Part shown: piece by piece, positions 48,835 to 58,907 of the stretch | Numbering within the stretch: the first letter of the stretch is position 1 | How the letters are laid out: each line of letters opens with the position of its first letter | Virus record (IMG/VR): IMGVR_UViG_3300030330_003269 | Location: 1 to 64,000 of that record | Length of the DNA: 64,000 nucleotides | DNA from: a virus | Lineage: Duplodnaviria; Caudoviricetes | Direction: 5' to 3' (one strand) | Position numbers and translations under genes: made by a program | The notes under the pieces: generated by a model | Databases searched by the model: none | Told to the model about the DNA's origin: nothing | The model's input: only the letters and a program-made list of their open reading frames with translations

Positions 48835-49112
48835 CTTCTTCTTGCGGCCTTTGCTTTCTCGCTGTAAGTTCCATCTGCTCTCTTAAATCCTCTTGACCTT
48901 GCACAAAAAGATTTACGCCTCTTTGCTGCTTTACCGCCAGGTTTTAATTTACTTGGTTTTTTAGTTACTGGGCGCTTTAAATTAGCACCAGTTTCTCTTT
49001 TGAACTTAGCACGACCTTTCGCACTTAGTCCACCTGTTCTTGCGTGAATTTTTTTGTTATATCCTTTAAAAGGTTTTTTCTTCTTTTTAAGAATTTCTTG
49101 CCATTCATTCAT
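48822..49112 (-). CDS. WxxILK-tagged basic protein
   Basis: MNEWQEILK, then GGLSAKGRAKF...RRKSFCAR...RRRWNC. Confidence 0.75.
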   Translation of the reverse strand: MNEWQEILKKKKKPFKGYNKKIHARTGGLSAKGRAKFKRETGANLKRPVTKKPSKLKPGGKAAKRRKSFCARSRGFKRADGTYSEKAKAARRRWNC

Positions 49113-49116
49113 AATA

Positions 49117-49428
49117 TCACTCTCTAATTCTTTCATAAAACCCAGTATTTTTATTTCTTTTATGATAACCTAATTTATTAATTTTTTGACCAATAGTTTC
49201 TTTATTCACCCTTGCTTTAGCGTGTTTTGTTGCGTAATTAGTTCTAGTCATATGTCCTCCCTCAACCAAGAGAGAAGCATATTCTCTAACTACTTCTTCA
49301 GCAATTAGAGGAAGTTTGAATGTTTTTCTGTCCTTTGTAACATTTTCAACCGCTTGAGTAAATACAGGGTGATTTATTTTTTTTGCTGCGCCACGGGTGG
49401 CTTTAAGAATATTTTTCCACTCAATCAT
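49117..49428 (-). CDS. WxxILK-tagged protein, paralog of the GNAT protein's C-terminal domain
   Basis: MIEWKNILK; AV..VT...EY..L...KLGY pattern shared with 53183..53530. Confidence 0.7.
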   Translation of the reverse strand: MIEWKNILKATRGAAKKINHPVFTQAVENVTKDRKTFKLPLIAEEVVREYASLLVEGGHMTRTNYATKHAKARVNKETIGQKINKLGYHKRNKNTGFYERIRE

Positions 49429-50011
49429 ATTTATCACCTATCATATAGCCTAATTTTTTTCCTGCTTGAATATCACTTGGATAATGACTTCCCATTTGCA
49501 TTCTTGATAAAGAAATTCTATCTGCCATTTCTTTGAGTTCTTTCTTTTTGTTTGGATATTTTTTCCCTAATACTTTTTCTAAACCATGAGCCAACATTGA
49601 GTGTCCACTTGGAAATGCAGGGGTATCGTCTGTTTTTGTTTTAGTTGTTTTAATTTTATCAGATATTTCATGTGGTCTTGGTCTTTGATATTTCATTTTT
49701 AAAGAGATAGCATAATAATTAATATCTTTCATAAAATCTTCGTAATCTTTTCTATCAGCATCAACTATTTTGAGCATTTCTATTTCAGGTTTTAAATCAG
49801 AATCTTTCATTTGTTTTGGTGTTAGTTGTTTTTTTCTCATTACTGCTAAAATTTTAGGAATCTCAGTTTCTTCTTTTGGATAACTCATTTTTGGAATATC
49901 TATTTTTATTTTTGGGCTTCTCTCTAAGATTTTACTTTTTTTTCTTGAAAGAGTTCCACCCCAAGTTCTTTTTTTAAGAACAGAAAACCAACTTAATATG
50001 GTTTTGTCCAT
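49421..50011 (-). CDS. PAP2/vanadium-haloperoxidase-superfamily phosphatase, tagged
   Basis: KMKYQRPRP, PSGH and SRMQMGSHYPSD motifs; N-terminal SWFSVLK. Confidence 0.85.
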   Translation of the reverse strand: MDKTILSWFSVLKKRTWGGTLSRKKSKILERSPKIKIDIPKMSYPKEETEIPKILAVMRKKQLTPKQMKDSDLKPEIEMLKIVDADRKDYEDFMKDINYYAISLKMKYQRPRPHEISDKIKTTKTKTDDTPAFPSGHSMLAHGLEKVLGKKYPNKKKELKEMADRISLSRMQMGSHYPSDIQAGKKLGYMIGDKYD

Positions 50012-50157
50012 AACATCGCTTCCTCAATTTTACAAGTCAAACATCTTTTTGAAATAATTTCTGTTTTACATCTTCTACAAACAGTAGCATATCTAATTCT
50101 TTTTGGTAGTTTTGTTCTTACTTTATGCTTAAATACATCATAATGTTTACGAGGCAT
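49993..50157 (-). CDS. 54-aa zinc-finger protein (not in ORF track)
   Basis: MPRKHYDVFKHK...CRRC...CLTC...WTKPY; GAGTGA RBS. Confidence 0.6.
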   Translation of the reverse strand: MPRKHYDVFKHKVRTKLPKRIRYATVCRRCKTEIISKRCLTCKIEEAMLWTKPY

Positions 50158-50161
50158 ATTA

Positions 50162-51736
50162 TCACTCTATATTGTAGTCAAAACTAAAAACCAAACTTTT
50201 ATATTTATCCTCTAAATAATCTTGAATAACATCATAGTTTTGCGACCAAGAGTTTTGCTCTTCATCAATAGGAATTCCTTGACTTTGTAGGCTTTCTAAA
50301 GATACGGTGAAATCTTCTTTCATAGTTTCTTCTTTATCATCAAGACGAATATTTTTAATTTTAACCTGCCTTGACTTAATAATTGTTCCAACCTGCTCAA
50401 GAGAATCCATTACAGAAATCTTACAATTATCCTTATACTTTTGAATATCGTCAAGGACGATGCCCTCCTTAGCCCAGTCAAAGCCCACATGGTCTTTATG
50501 GTTTTCCCACTTCATAAGTTTGAAGATTTCATCGCAACGGTCTTTATACCAATCGGCTTTCTTATATGATTTCTTCATGCGAATTAATTCTAGTAATAGT
50601 TCAGCATTTCCTTTCTTTAATCTAAAGTGGGGAAGACACTTTGTTAAAAGATTAGATACATCATCTTGAGAATAAAAGTTCAATCTATTAATAAGCCGAG
50701 TATCTTGCGGTGATTTCTGGTCTAAGTGCATACGACCAAAACCGATTGATTTATGCATTTCTTGCATAAAAGCCTTACCTCTTTCACCTGTTGCGACTAA
50801 TCCTACTCTTGGATTCATATTGCGGTCAAGAGTAATATAGCCATCAGAATCAATAAATGCAGCAGTATAAGCCCAAATATTTTTCTTAATCATAGATGGA
50901 ACTTTATAGTATTTACCACCAACCGATGAAATGTCTAATTTCTTTACCATCTTTGAAATAGAATTAGCACTTGAAATTTTTGCTAATGATGTAGGCATTC
51001 TTTCATGAATAACTTGAGCACTAATTCCTGGATTTTCACAAACAGTTTTAAGAATAAAATCTTCCTGTCTTTCTTTCTTTGATTTAGTTAATGACTGTTG
51101 GGTGATTTTTGATAAGGCTTCTCTAAATTGTCTCTTTGCTAATTTCATTTCTTTTGAGAGTTCACTATATTCCTTTGAGTAAGCCATTCCGTTCTGTTCT
51201 AATTCAGCCTCCCAATATTTACAAAGAGAATCAACAACTTCCCTTCTTTCATCAATGGTTTTCATTTTGTATAGTTTATGTAAATCTTTTTCATTATATC
51301 TCATTTTTTTAAGAGGGGCCGTGTATTCCGATAGCCATGTAATTGAATCAATGCACTTATTTAGATGGTCAGTATAAGCATCAATCATAGTATCAATTGC
51401 TTTTGACATTTTGTCTCGTTGTTCTCCTTTTAGTTTTCTTCTTGACATTCTCATCTTTTTAATCAAGTCAGGAATGCTTTTATCTTGAATAACATAGGTA
51501 TCTGGAAAAACAGGAATATGCTTCTTAGCATCAGTAGCGTTTAGATTGTAAGTTGTTGAAATTTTATTAATCTCATCATACTCTGACATAACATGAGAAC
51601 CGTTAAAGAAAGACTTGATTTCAATATCAAGTTCTGTTTCTATGTTATCTTTCATTTCTTCTTCTTCTTCATCTAAATCGGCCAAACGGTTCATTTGTTC
51701 AGCCGCTTGTCGGTATTTATCTGCCTGTTCTGTCAT
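50162..51736 (-). CDS. Multidomain protein: coiled coil + winged helix + LAGLIDADG endonuclease domain
   Basis: YTAAFIDSDGYI LAGLIDADG motif with GFGRM and LPHFRLKK; VCENPGISAQVIHE wHTH-like segment. Confidence 0.75.
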   Translation of the reverse strand: MTEQADKYRQAAEQMNRLADLDEEEEEMKDNIETELDIEIKSFFNGSHVMSEYDEINKISTTYNLNATDAKKHIPVFPDTYVIQDKSIPDLIKKMRMSRRKLKGEQRDKMSKAIDTMIDAYTDHLNKCIDSITWLSEYTAPLKKMRYNEKDLHKLYKMKTIDERREVVDSLCKYWEAELEQNGMAYSKEYSELSKEMKLAKRQFREALSKITQQSLTKSKKERQEDFILKTVCENPGISAQVIHERMPTSLAKISSANSISKMVKKLDISSVGGKYYKVPSMIKKNIWAYTAAFIDSDGYITLDRNMNPRVGLVATGERGKAFMQEMHKSIGFGRMHLDQKSPQDTRLINRLNFYSQDDVSNLLTKCLPHFRLKKGNAELLLELIRMKKSYKKADWYKDRCDEIFKLMKWENHKDHVGFDWAKEGIVLDDIQKYKDNCKISVMDSLEQVGTIIKSRQVKIKNIRLDDKEETMKEDFTVSLESLQSQGIPIDEEQNSWSQNYDVIQDYLEDKYKSLVFSFDYNIE

Positions 51737-51745
51737 ATAAATACC

Positions 51746-53176
51746 TCAAAAGTTCAAGCCTATGGAGTTCATTCTTTGCGGGTTTTGACCTCCGCCGCCA
51801 TCGTCAAATAACCCCAAATCATCTAAGAGAATAAACGCTTCGGAGGCTTGATAGGTGGCGGCATTCGCTAAGGCAAGACTCATCACCATGTCGTCATGCG
51901 CCCCGATTCCCTCAAATTTCCCTCGCTCAGTAATCGCAAACATTGACATTTCTTCAATCAATATGGATGAAACCCTCCTACTCTCTTCGTTCCCATAAGG
52001 GAAATTGATTTTACCGTTTTCAAGTGTCATTTGTAAATTGAGAATAATCTCTTGTTTCTTTCTTCGTGTCGTATCAAAGTCATGAACATTTAAATCTGCA
52101 ACTTGACGAAGTTCTTGAGTAAATGATTTTGCAAATGTATTTGTTTCAAATAAGATAACTTCGGGTCGGAACAATTGACCAATCAATTTTACCTTCTGTA
52201 TGTTCTCTCGGAATTGAACATTTTTAGACCTATCAACATAGACAATAGATTTATTTTCATCTTCATCCATTTCAATAACAGTAATCACATTGTAGTCGCC
52301 ATCTGTTGAAATAGCGGGGTCTACACCAACAAAGTATTTATATCCGTCTCTTCTCAAAGGTTTTAAAACTAAGTCTTTATTCTTTGCATTATCTAAATGT
52401 TCGGGATTAAAGAGAGAAGTTCCTGTTGAAATAGGCACACACATATATTCCCGTGTGAACATCAATGAACCTACTTCTGCCTTACGAGCCATTAACGCTT
52501 CATAGTTCCATCGGTCAGGCCATAACGGTTCGTTTAATGCATTTAAACATGGGTATGTTCTAACGGTATAAGCAGCATTTTCTGATAACTGCTGATAAAT
52601 ATCTGTATAACTGAACGGCGTTCCAATAACACGCAAAGATGCAGTATGGTGAAGTGTAGGAATCATATCACCATAAAACCAATCAGTCACTTTTTGAATA
52701 CCAGTCATACTAAACTCTTTCAAAGGGTCGTCAATGATAATTTCTTGAGGGTGCAGACCACGAATCTGTGAACCAACAGAACGCTCAAGGATTTGATTTC
52801 CATTTGTTAATGTAATGTTTCCAATAGCCCAACCTCTTGCGGGTTTGAATTTCTTGAGCATTGGGTGGGTGAACATCTTATCAATATCTCTCATGTGAAC
52901 GAGAGTCTGCTTTTGGTTAGAAGAAATATAAAGCATTTGATATGGTGGCTCTTCAAAAATAAGTTTCCATACAACCCATGAATGCATAAAAACAGATTTA
53001 CCGTGGTCACGACTACAAATGATAACTGTTCTTTGTGTCTCATTCATTAACTGATGCCATTCTTGAATATAAGAAGGAAAGTCAAAACCAAGCACATTTT
53101 GGAAAAAATACGGAAAAGAATTTTTGGACAGGCGCATATCCATCTCATGTTCAAAATTAAACGCCTCCACTTCCAT
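51746..53176 (-). CDS. terL: Terminase large subunit
   Basis: Walker A SRDHGKS, IRGLH, Walker B IIIDD, GTP motif, nuclease GVDPA...ETN...HDDMVMSLALA. Confidence 0.95.
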   Translation of the reverse strand: MEVEAFNFEHEMDMRLSKNSFPYFFQNVLGFDFPSYIQEWHQLMNETQRTVIICSRDHGKSVFMHSWVVWKLIFEEPPYQMLYISSNQKQTLVHMRDIDKMFTHPMLKKFKPARGWAIGNITLTNGNQILERSVGSQIRGLHPQEIIIDDPLKEFSMTGIQKVTDWFYGDMIPTLHHTASLRVIGTPFSYTDIYQQLSENAAYTVRTYPCLNALNEPLWPDRWNYEALMARKAEVGSLMFTREYMCVPISTGTSLFNPEHLDNAKNKDLVLKPLRRDGYKYFVGVDPAISTDGDYNVITVIEMDEDENKSIVYVDRSKNVQFRENIQKVKLIGQLFRPEVILFETNTFAKSFTQELRQVADLNVHDFDTTRRKKQEIILNLQMTLENGKINFPYGNEESRRVSSILIEEMSMFAITERGKFEGIGAHDDMVMSLALANAATYQASEAFILLDDLGLFDDGGGGQNPQRMNSIGLNF

Positions 53177-53182
53177 TTAATT

Positions 53183-54022
53183 TCACTCCTCTTTGCCCAT
53201 AGTCCAATAAGTAGTTCTTAAAATAGGAGAGGTGCTAGACAGACCATAAAGACTGACATTACCTTTAACACCCTGCTTAGCCTTTGGATAATAACCATAT
53301 TTTCTCATAAGTTTAGTATAAGGCATAAATGTCATATGATTATCTTTTATTCTTCTTAATTGTGCCTTTTCTGAATGATTTCCATATGCGATAATAAGTT
53401 CTCGGTATTCTTTTGCAATTCTTTTCATTAGGTCTTTATTTTCAATACCCTTTCCGTCTAAATCTTCCACAATTTTTCTTACTGCTGCTTTAATAAATTG
53501 AAAATTATATTTTTTTTTAAGAATAGAAAACCAACTGGCCTGTTTATGAATCATCCACTTTTGAACTTGGTCTGCATAAGTTAATCCTTCTAAATCTTGT
53601 TGAGAATCTTCAGGAAGTTCACTAATATTCATATCACCGAACCCTCTATTTCTATATGTGTTAGCAATTTTATCATTCGCAATATTCACATATAAAGTAT
53701 TAGAACCCTTTTCTGCAATAATCTTATCAACTAATATTCCCGAAAGACCCCGACCTCTAAACTCATCTCTTACATGAATACCTGCGCCAAGCAACTTACC
53801 CTTGTGTTTTGAAAATCCAATCACACCAACTGGTTTATCTTCATAATAAGCAACAAACATTGTTGCAGGAGCAGTAGCCCAAGAAGAATCACGGGACATT
53901 GAACGATAGCGCATTCTTCTTTTTTGATAATCAAAATAGCCATCGTCTTGAAAAGCCTTTACTGCATCATCCTCAGACATTTCTCTAAAGGAAATATCAG
54001 CAGCAGAAAACTTTGAAACCAT
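53183..54022 (-). CDS. GNAT acetyltransferase fused, via an internal WxxILK tag, to a second domain
   Basis: HVRDEFRGRGLS acetyl-CoA motif, YRNRGF; internal ASWFSILK. Confidence 0.8.
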   Translation of the reverse strand: MVSKFSAADISFREMSEDDAVKAFQDDGYFDYQKRRMRYRSMSRDSSWATAPATMFVAYYEDKPVGVIGFSKHKGKLLGAGIHVRDEFRGRGLSGILVDKIIAEKGSNTLYVNIANDKIANTYRNRGFGDMNISELPEDSQQDLEGLTYADQVQKWMIHKQASWFSILKKKYNFQFIKAAVRKIVEDLDGKGIENKDLMKRIAKEYRELIIAYGNHSEKAQLRRIKDNHMTFMPYTKLMRKYGYYPKAKQGVKGNVSLYGLSSTSPILRTTYWTMGKEE

Positions 54023-54026
54023 AACT

Positions 54027-56606
54027 TCACCTAAAGTGTGCTTTGATTAAATAAACTTGCTCTGTGCTAATACCGAACTCTTTGGAAATATTCTGGTGAG
54101 AATCCATTTCCTTAACAATATTCTCTACCTCAAAGGAAGATAAATCAAGATTCTCTTCTACTTGCATTTTCTTAATAATTGTATCAAAACCAACTTCATT
54201 AAAGGGCATGAAACCATAAACAATGGGCTTGCCCAACTGTTCTCTTACTACATCGTGGGCTTTCAACATTTTTCTCAAAAGAATAGGTAAATCCTGCTGA
54301 ACCTCTTGGAAGATTCTTAGAAGCCTATCATACTCTTCCTTTGTTCTTTTATCTCTTTGCCTTGCAGTAAAAGCCCCAGTATTTGCATCAAGCCAATAAG
54401 GTAAAGCAAATATGGGATATGCTTTGCCCTTTTGATAATCTTCATAGAAAGATTCAGTTCTACTTTCAATCGTCTTTCCATCAAGACTATTATCTTTCAA
54501 ATTAAAATCTCCAGTCTGAACCATTAAGTAAGAAATCAAAGCAGCAACATAATCATAATTTCTTTCTTTATTCTCAAAAATCTGAGTCAATGCTTTCGCT
54601 GCTTTCTCACCAGCATCAATTAACTGTCCATCAATAGAAATGCTCTTAAGGAAAGCCATTTCCAAGAAATCCGAAATAGGACTTAACATATCTCCTGTTA
54701 AATCTTCTACTCTTGCATTTGCCATAACAGAATAAGCCCCACTCATTACAGTTTCTAATCCTAATTTAGCACCTTGCATTTGCATAACTCGGCCACCGAC
54801 ATTGGAAACAAAGTCTGGAATCACAACAACCATTCTTCCTGTAAATGCAGGTTCAAAGAAATATTCATTTGCTGATTCCAACATTTGAACAAGAGCAGAC
54901 TTTACTTCTTCACTTAGACCAATCAAAGGAGCATCTCTTCCTTTCTGTCTAGCATATTCATTTTCTTTAACTGATGTTGCTAATTCTCCTCTAAAACCTC
55001 TAAAGGTTTCTCTCATATCTGTTCCAGCAGAAGCCTTTCCACCTCTACGGTAAAAGTTTAACAATTGCGGAAGTTCTTTACTTACTAAATTAGCCAATTC
55101 TTCAAAGAAAAAATTAATATTTTCAATGTTTTCTAATTCTGCTCCCCTAACATCTTTTTCATTGTAAAGATTAGCCATATCTCCATCTTCTAAAACAGAA
55201 ATAGGTAAATAGAATTCTTCTCTATCATCAATAACAGTTGTATTACTAAACTCTTCAATCCAATCATCAATATCAGTATCAAAGTCAATATCTAAAACAA
55301 TTTCATCACTTTCTAAAGCCTCTCTTGCCCCAGAAAGAAGACTATATAGTGCTTCATCTCCTTCTTCGGTGATTGCTAATAATCTATCATTTCTTGAGTA
55401 TTCAAGAGCGAGAAGAGGGTCAAGGTTCTGTAAATCCTCTTCTGCTTGCGAAATTACTGCATCCAATTCCTTTTGACCAACATCTTCTACACTTAAATCA
55501 AGAGTAGAAGATTCTTCCCATTTACTATCAATTGCTCTTGAGGATTCAATAGCATCAACAATAGCATTTTCTTTCCAATTTTCATCCTCATCCATTCCTT
55601 CAGAATATTCTTCAGGAGGGTCATCTAATGTTCTGCCTCCCTCTTCAGGTGGTCTTAAATCAACTAATCTTTTAAGAGAAGCCAATTTAGCGATTTGGGT
55701 ATACCATCTTAAATTAGGAGGAATAACATCTTGTTCAACTGGTTTAAAGACAGCGATATAGTCTAATTTAGAATTATCTAATAACTTTGAAAGACTTTCC
55801 ATATCTTCAAGAAATTCCTTATGCTTTTTATTTCCTTCTTCCATTATCTTTTTGGCTTGAGATTTATCCTGTCTTGGGGATTTATCCCCTTCACCCTCAG
55901 TAATTTCTGTTCTATCATCTTCTAAGGCATCTTGAAGCATATCTTTAGGAAACGGATTAGGCATTGTTTTAATTGCTTCAAAGAATTTTTTCCCATCTTC
56001 AATGAATTTATCAAGAGCAGACTGGTTTAGTTTCTCAAAATATTCATACACAGATTCTCTATTGTCTTTCTTTGAAATATCAAGCGCACCTAAAAACATT
56101 TTCAATCTTGCATCAACATCTAATTGAAATACTTCTGCTTCTGTAAAAGTAGTCTTTAATTTGGACATAATTGCCCTAATATTGGACTCACCACGCTCAG
56201 TAAGATTTAATGAATCAATAAACTGAGCATTGTTCAATTCAAGAACACTCTCATCAGGGTTTCCAATTTTTAATTGAGATAAATCGCTAAAGTTTTGTTT
56301 ATTTAGATATTGAGCATCAACCCTCGTTCCACCATAAGTAATACGCATATTTAATACTCTTTTTAGTTTATTTTCAAGTTGTGCTGGTTCGCTAGTCCCT
56401 TCTCTATTTAAATAATCAGTAATATATGTTCTAATACCATACAATATTGCTTTACGGACTTTTTTAACATTTGTCATTTCTTGAACTTTAGGCTTAATAA
56501 CTTCTTCAGTATATTTGATTCTAAAATTATCCTGTTCATCAAAAGGCAGTTGTCTCAATTCACTAAGAAAACTGTCTTCAATTTCAACACCCTCAACAAC
56601 GACCAT
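54027..56606 (-). CDS. Large acidic protein with C-terminal HTH-like segment
   Basis: 859 aa; ends SHQNISKEFGISTEQVYLIKAHFR. Confidence 0.7.
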   Translation of the reverse strand: MVVVEGVEIEDSFLSELRQLPFDEQDNFRIKYTEEVIKPKVQEMTNVKKVRKAILYGIRTYITDYLNREGTSEPAQLENKLKRVLNMRITYGGTRVDAQYLNKQNFSDLSQLKIGNPDESVLELNNAQFIDSLNLTERGESNIRAIMSKLKTTFTEAEVFQLDVDARLKMFLGALDISKKDNRESVYEYFEKLNQSALDKFIEDGKKFFEAIKTMPNPFPKDMLQDALEDDRTEITEGEGDKSPRQDKSQAKKIMEEGNKKHKEFLEDMESLSKLLDNSKLDYIAVFKPVEQDVIPPNLRWYTQIAKLASLKRLVDLRPPEEGGRTLDDPPEEYSEGMDEDENWKENAIVDAIESSRAIDSKWEESSTLDLSVEDVGQKELDAVISQAEEDLQNLDPLLALEYSRNDRLLAITEEGDEALYSLLSGAREALESDEIVLDIDFDTDIDDWIEEFSNTTVIDDREEFYLPISVLEDGDMANLYNEKDVRGAELENIENINFFFEELANLVSKELPQLLNFYRRGGKASAGTDMRETFRGFRGELATSVKENEYARQKGRDAPLIGLSEEVKSALVQMLESANEYFFEPAFTGRMVVVIPDFVSNVGGRVMQMQGAKLGLETVMSGAYSVMANARVEDLTGDMLSPISDFLEMAFLKSISIDGQLIDAGEKAAKALTQIFENKERNYDYVAALISYLMVQTGDFNLKDNSLDGKTIESRTESFYEDYQKGKAYPIFALPYWLDANTGAFTARQRDKRTKEEYDRLLRIFQEVQQDLPILLRKMLKAHDVVREQLGKPIVYGFMPFNEVGFDTIIKKMQVEENLDLSSFEVENIVKEMDSHQNISKEFGISTEQVYLIKAHFR

Positions 56607-56608
56607 TT

Positions 56609-58606
56609 TCAGTCCTCCAGTAGTCCTTCTTCTTTAAATGCGTTAAGTGCTTTGGTTGTATTTTCTACATTTTTACCTGTCATGTATTTTTCATAATTTT
56701 CAGCAATATCTTTCATTTGGAATTCAAATGCCTTAATAATCGCATCTCGTATTCTTTTCAGATAATCAGGAATCTTTTTATCCAAGTCTTGAAGCCGTGA
56801 AGCGACCTCTTCGCTTTGCGGGTTGGCCTTCACGGACTTAAATACTTCCTTCGGGGTCATGTCATTTAATGCGTGGTCAGCCATTCTTGAAAGAAAAGAG
56901 ATAAAATTCTTTGGGTTTAACTGTTCAAGAGGACTTGCACCAACATCTTTAGAATTAATTAGTTTATCCATTTCATCTGCCTTTTGTTTTACAAATTCAG
57001 GGAAAGAAGAGCCTGTAATTAAATCTCTTACCTTGGGAATATTACTAAATTCTAAAACATCGTCAGGTATTTTTTCAATAATAGTATTTGGGGTTAAATT
57101 AAGTTTTCTTATTCCATCATCAAATGTTATTTGAACATAGAAAGCAAGGTCGCCCATCTCATCTTCTTCAACATTTTCTCCTGAATAATCAATATATTGA
57201 TACTCTAAGTCGTCAGCATCATATATCTTTTCAATAGTAGCCTTCAATTGTTTAAATTCAGAAACAGTAAAATAATCCTTCAAAAAGGTTAATTGTTGTC
57301 TTCTTGAGATATCTTTTGTATTACTAACTATATTTTTAATGTTTCTAGAGAGTCGCATTTGATTTCTTATTTCTTTTCTAACTGCCGTTCTTGCTGCTTT
57401 AGTATCTGTTCTGCTTTTATTTTCAACTAATTCATTAATAAAAGGCCTGACATTTACATTAAACTTACGAGAATTATCCTGTCCTAGAAAAATAGATTCT
57501 GTAATATCATCAATTACTTCTAATTCAGCCTCTCCATCAGTCTGTGTTTCATTAATACGAAATTCATTAAAGAAATTAGAAAACCAATCTTCTTTAAACT
57601 CAGTTTTAAGAATTAAAGAAGCCATAGGATTCAAGGCAACCGACTTAGCACCACTACCGCTTTTTGTTAAAAATAGCATATCTGGGACAGTTTCATCCTC
57701 TATATTTGGCCCTAAAGCACTTCTATCAAACTCTTTTGGAAGAAATTTGTCCTTTTTTCCAGCAAATTTGCCAGAATTAAGAACATCTATGAATTTAAAT
57801 ACATCGTTTGCATCAAATGTCGCTTTGGCTTTAAATTTTTTGTCAGAAATGAGGAAATTATCAGGAATTTTTGAAGATTTGCCTCCTTCAACAAAATTTA
57901 ACCCAACTGATTTCCTTTTTCCAAGAATAGGGGCAAAATGTTCGCTATAAAACTGTGAAACTCCAGAATCTCCACGAATTTTCTCTTGTAATTGAGTAAA
58001 ATTCTCAAAATCTGTTAAAATAATGTCTTCACTTAGTTCTCCACCGATGAGTTCAGCAAAAATTCTTAGTAAATTTTTGTTTTTTGGTGGATTTTTGAAG
58101 GTAATGTAGTTTTTTGCACCTAATGTGTTGCTTACAAACAAATATTTTTGTTGAAGTCTTGGCTTATTAGACCAAAATGCTAATTTTGTGTTATATTTTG
58201 GAGTATTTTTATTGAATTCAGAAAATTCTTGCTTGGCTTCATCGGGTTTTTTATTATTTATCAAATCTCTTATCATGTTTAGTTGAGAAATTGCTTCATT
58301 TTCTGATAAATACTTCTTATCTGGTTCAATTTCTGAAATAAGTTCTTTTAATTTATTAAATCTTTCAGTAAATTGTTCCAATGTTGCTTCGCCTGTATCA
58401 TATTCTTCATAATATTTTTCAGGAGCGTCCTTTAGAGCAGAAAGCGTCCCTCTCAAACTCTTTACGAATTTTTTCGAAGTCTTGATTCTATCTAAAATTG
58501 TATTGAAATTACCTTCATCCATTAAAGCAGGGAAGAGAAAGTAAGATGGCATATTATCTTCGGGGATAAACGGGAGAGGTTTCTTAATAATTGAAAACCA
58601 ACTCAT
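56609..58606 (-). CDS. Large WxxIIK-tagged hypothetical protein
   Basis: True start probably ATG 58606 (MSWFSIIKK), inside the 21-bp repeat that carries the RBS. Confidence 0.75.
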   Translation of the reverse strand: MSWFSIIKKPLPFIPEDNMPSYFLFPALMDEGNFNTILDRIKTSKKFVKSLRGTLSALKDAPEKYYEEYDTGEATLEQFTERFNKLKELISEIEPDKKYLSENEAISQLNMIRDLINNKKPDEAKQEFSEFNKNTPKYNTKLAFWSNKPRLQQKYLFVSNTLGAKNYITFKNPPKNKNLLRIFAELIGGELSEDIILTDFENFTQLQEKIRGDSGVSQFYSEHFAPILGKRKSVGLNFVEGGKSSKIPDNFLISDKKFKAKATFDANDVFKFIDVLNSGKFAGKKDKFLPKEFDRSALGPNIEDETVPDMLFLTKSGSGAKSVALNPMASLILKTEFKEDWFSNFFNEFRINETQTDGEAELEVIDDITESIFLGQDNSRKFNVNVRPFINELVENKSRTDTKAARTAVRKEIRNQMRLSRNIKNIVSNTKDISRRQQLTFLKDYFTVSEFKQLKATIEKIYDADDLEYQYIDYSGENVEEDEMGDLAFYVQITFDDGIRKLNLTPNTIIEKIPDDVLEFSNIPKVRDLITGSSFPEFVKQKADEMDKLINSKDVGASPLEQLNPKNFISFLSRMADHALNDMTPKEVFKSVKANPQSEEVASRLQDLDKKIPDYLKRIRDAIIKAFEFQMKDIAENYEKYMTGKNVENTTKALNAFKEEGLLED

Positions 58607-58617
58607 TGTAATCTCTC

Positions 58618-58896
58618 CTATTCCCACACCGAATCTGCCTTTCTAAGAGTCTTTCTAGGCTTAAATCTCAAGACATTGTTTCCTCTATCCAACTTACGCC
58701 CATACCCTGTTTGCTCTGCTAAAGACTCATCGGTGAAATATAGAAGTCTTCCTCCGAACAAGCGAATTAAGTAGTGGGTCTTTCCTTTCTCATTCGCTAG
58801 ATTTTGAACCATTTCTTTTGCTTCGCCAATAGCGACTCCATCCCTAATCGGGGTCATTTTGCTAGTATCAATTTTCAGTATATCTTCCCAACTCAT
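58618..58896 (-). CDS. Tagged cassette gene
   Basis: MSWEDILK. Confidence 0.75.
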   Translation of the reverse strand: MSWEDILKIDTSKMTPIRDGVAIGEAKEMVQNLANEKGKTHYLIRLFGGRLLYFTDESLAEQTGYGRKLDRGNNVLRFKPRKTLRKADSVWE

Positions 58897-58907
58897 TGTA
58901 ATCTCTC

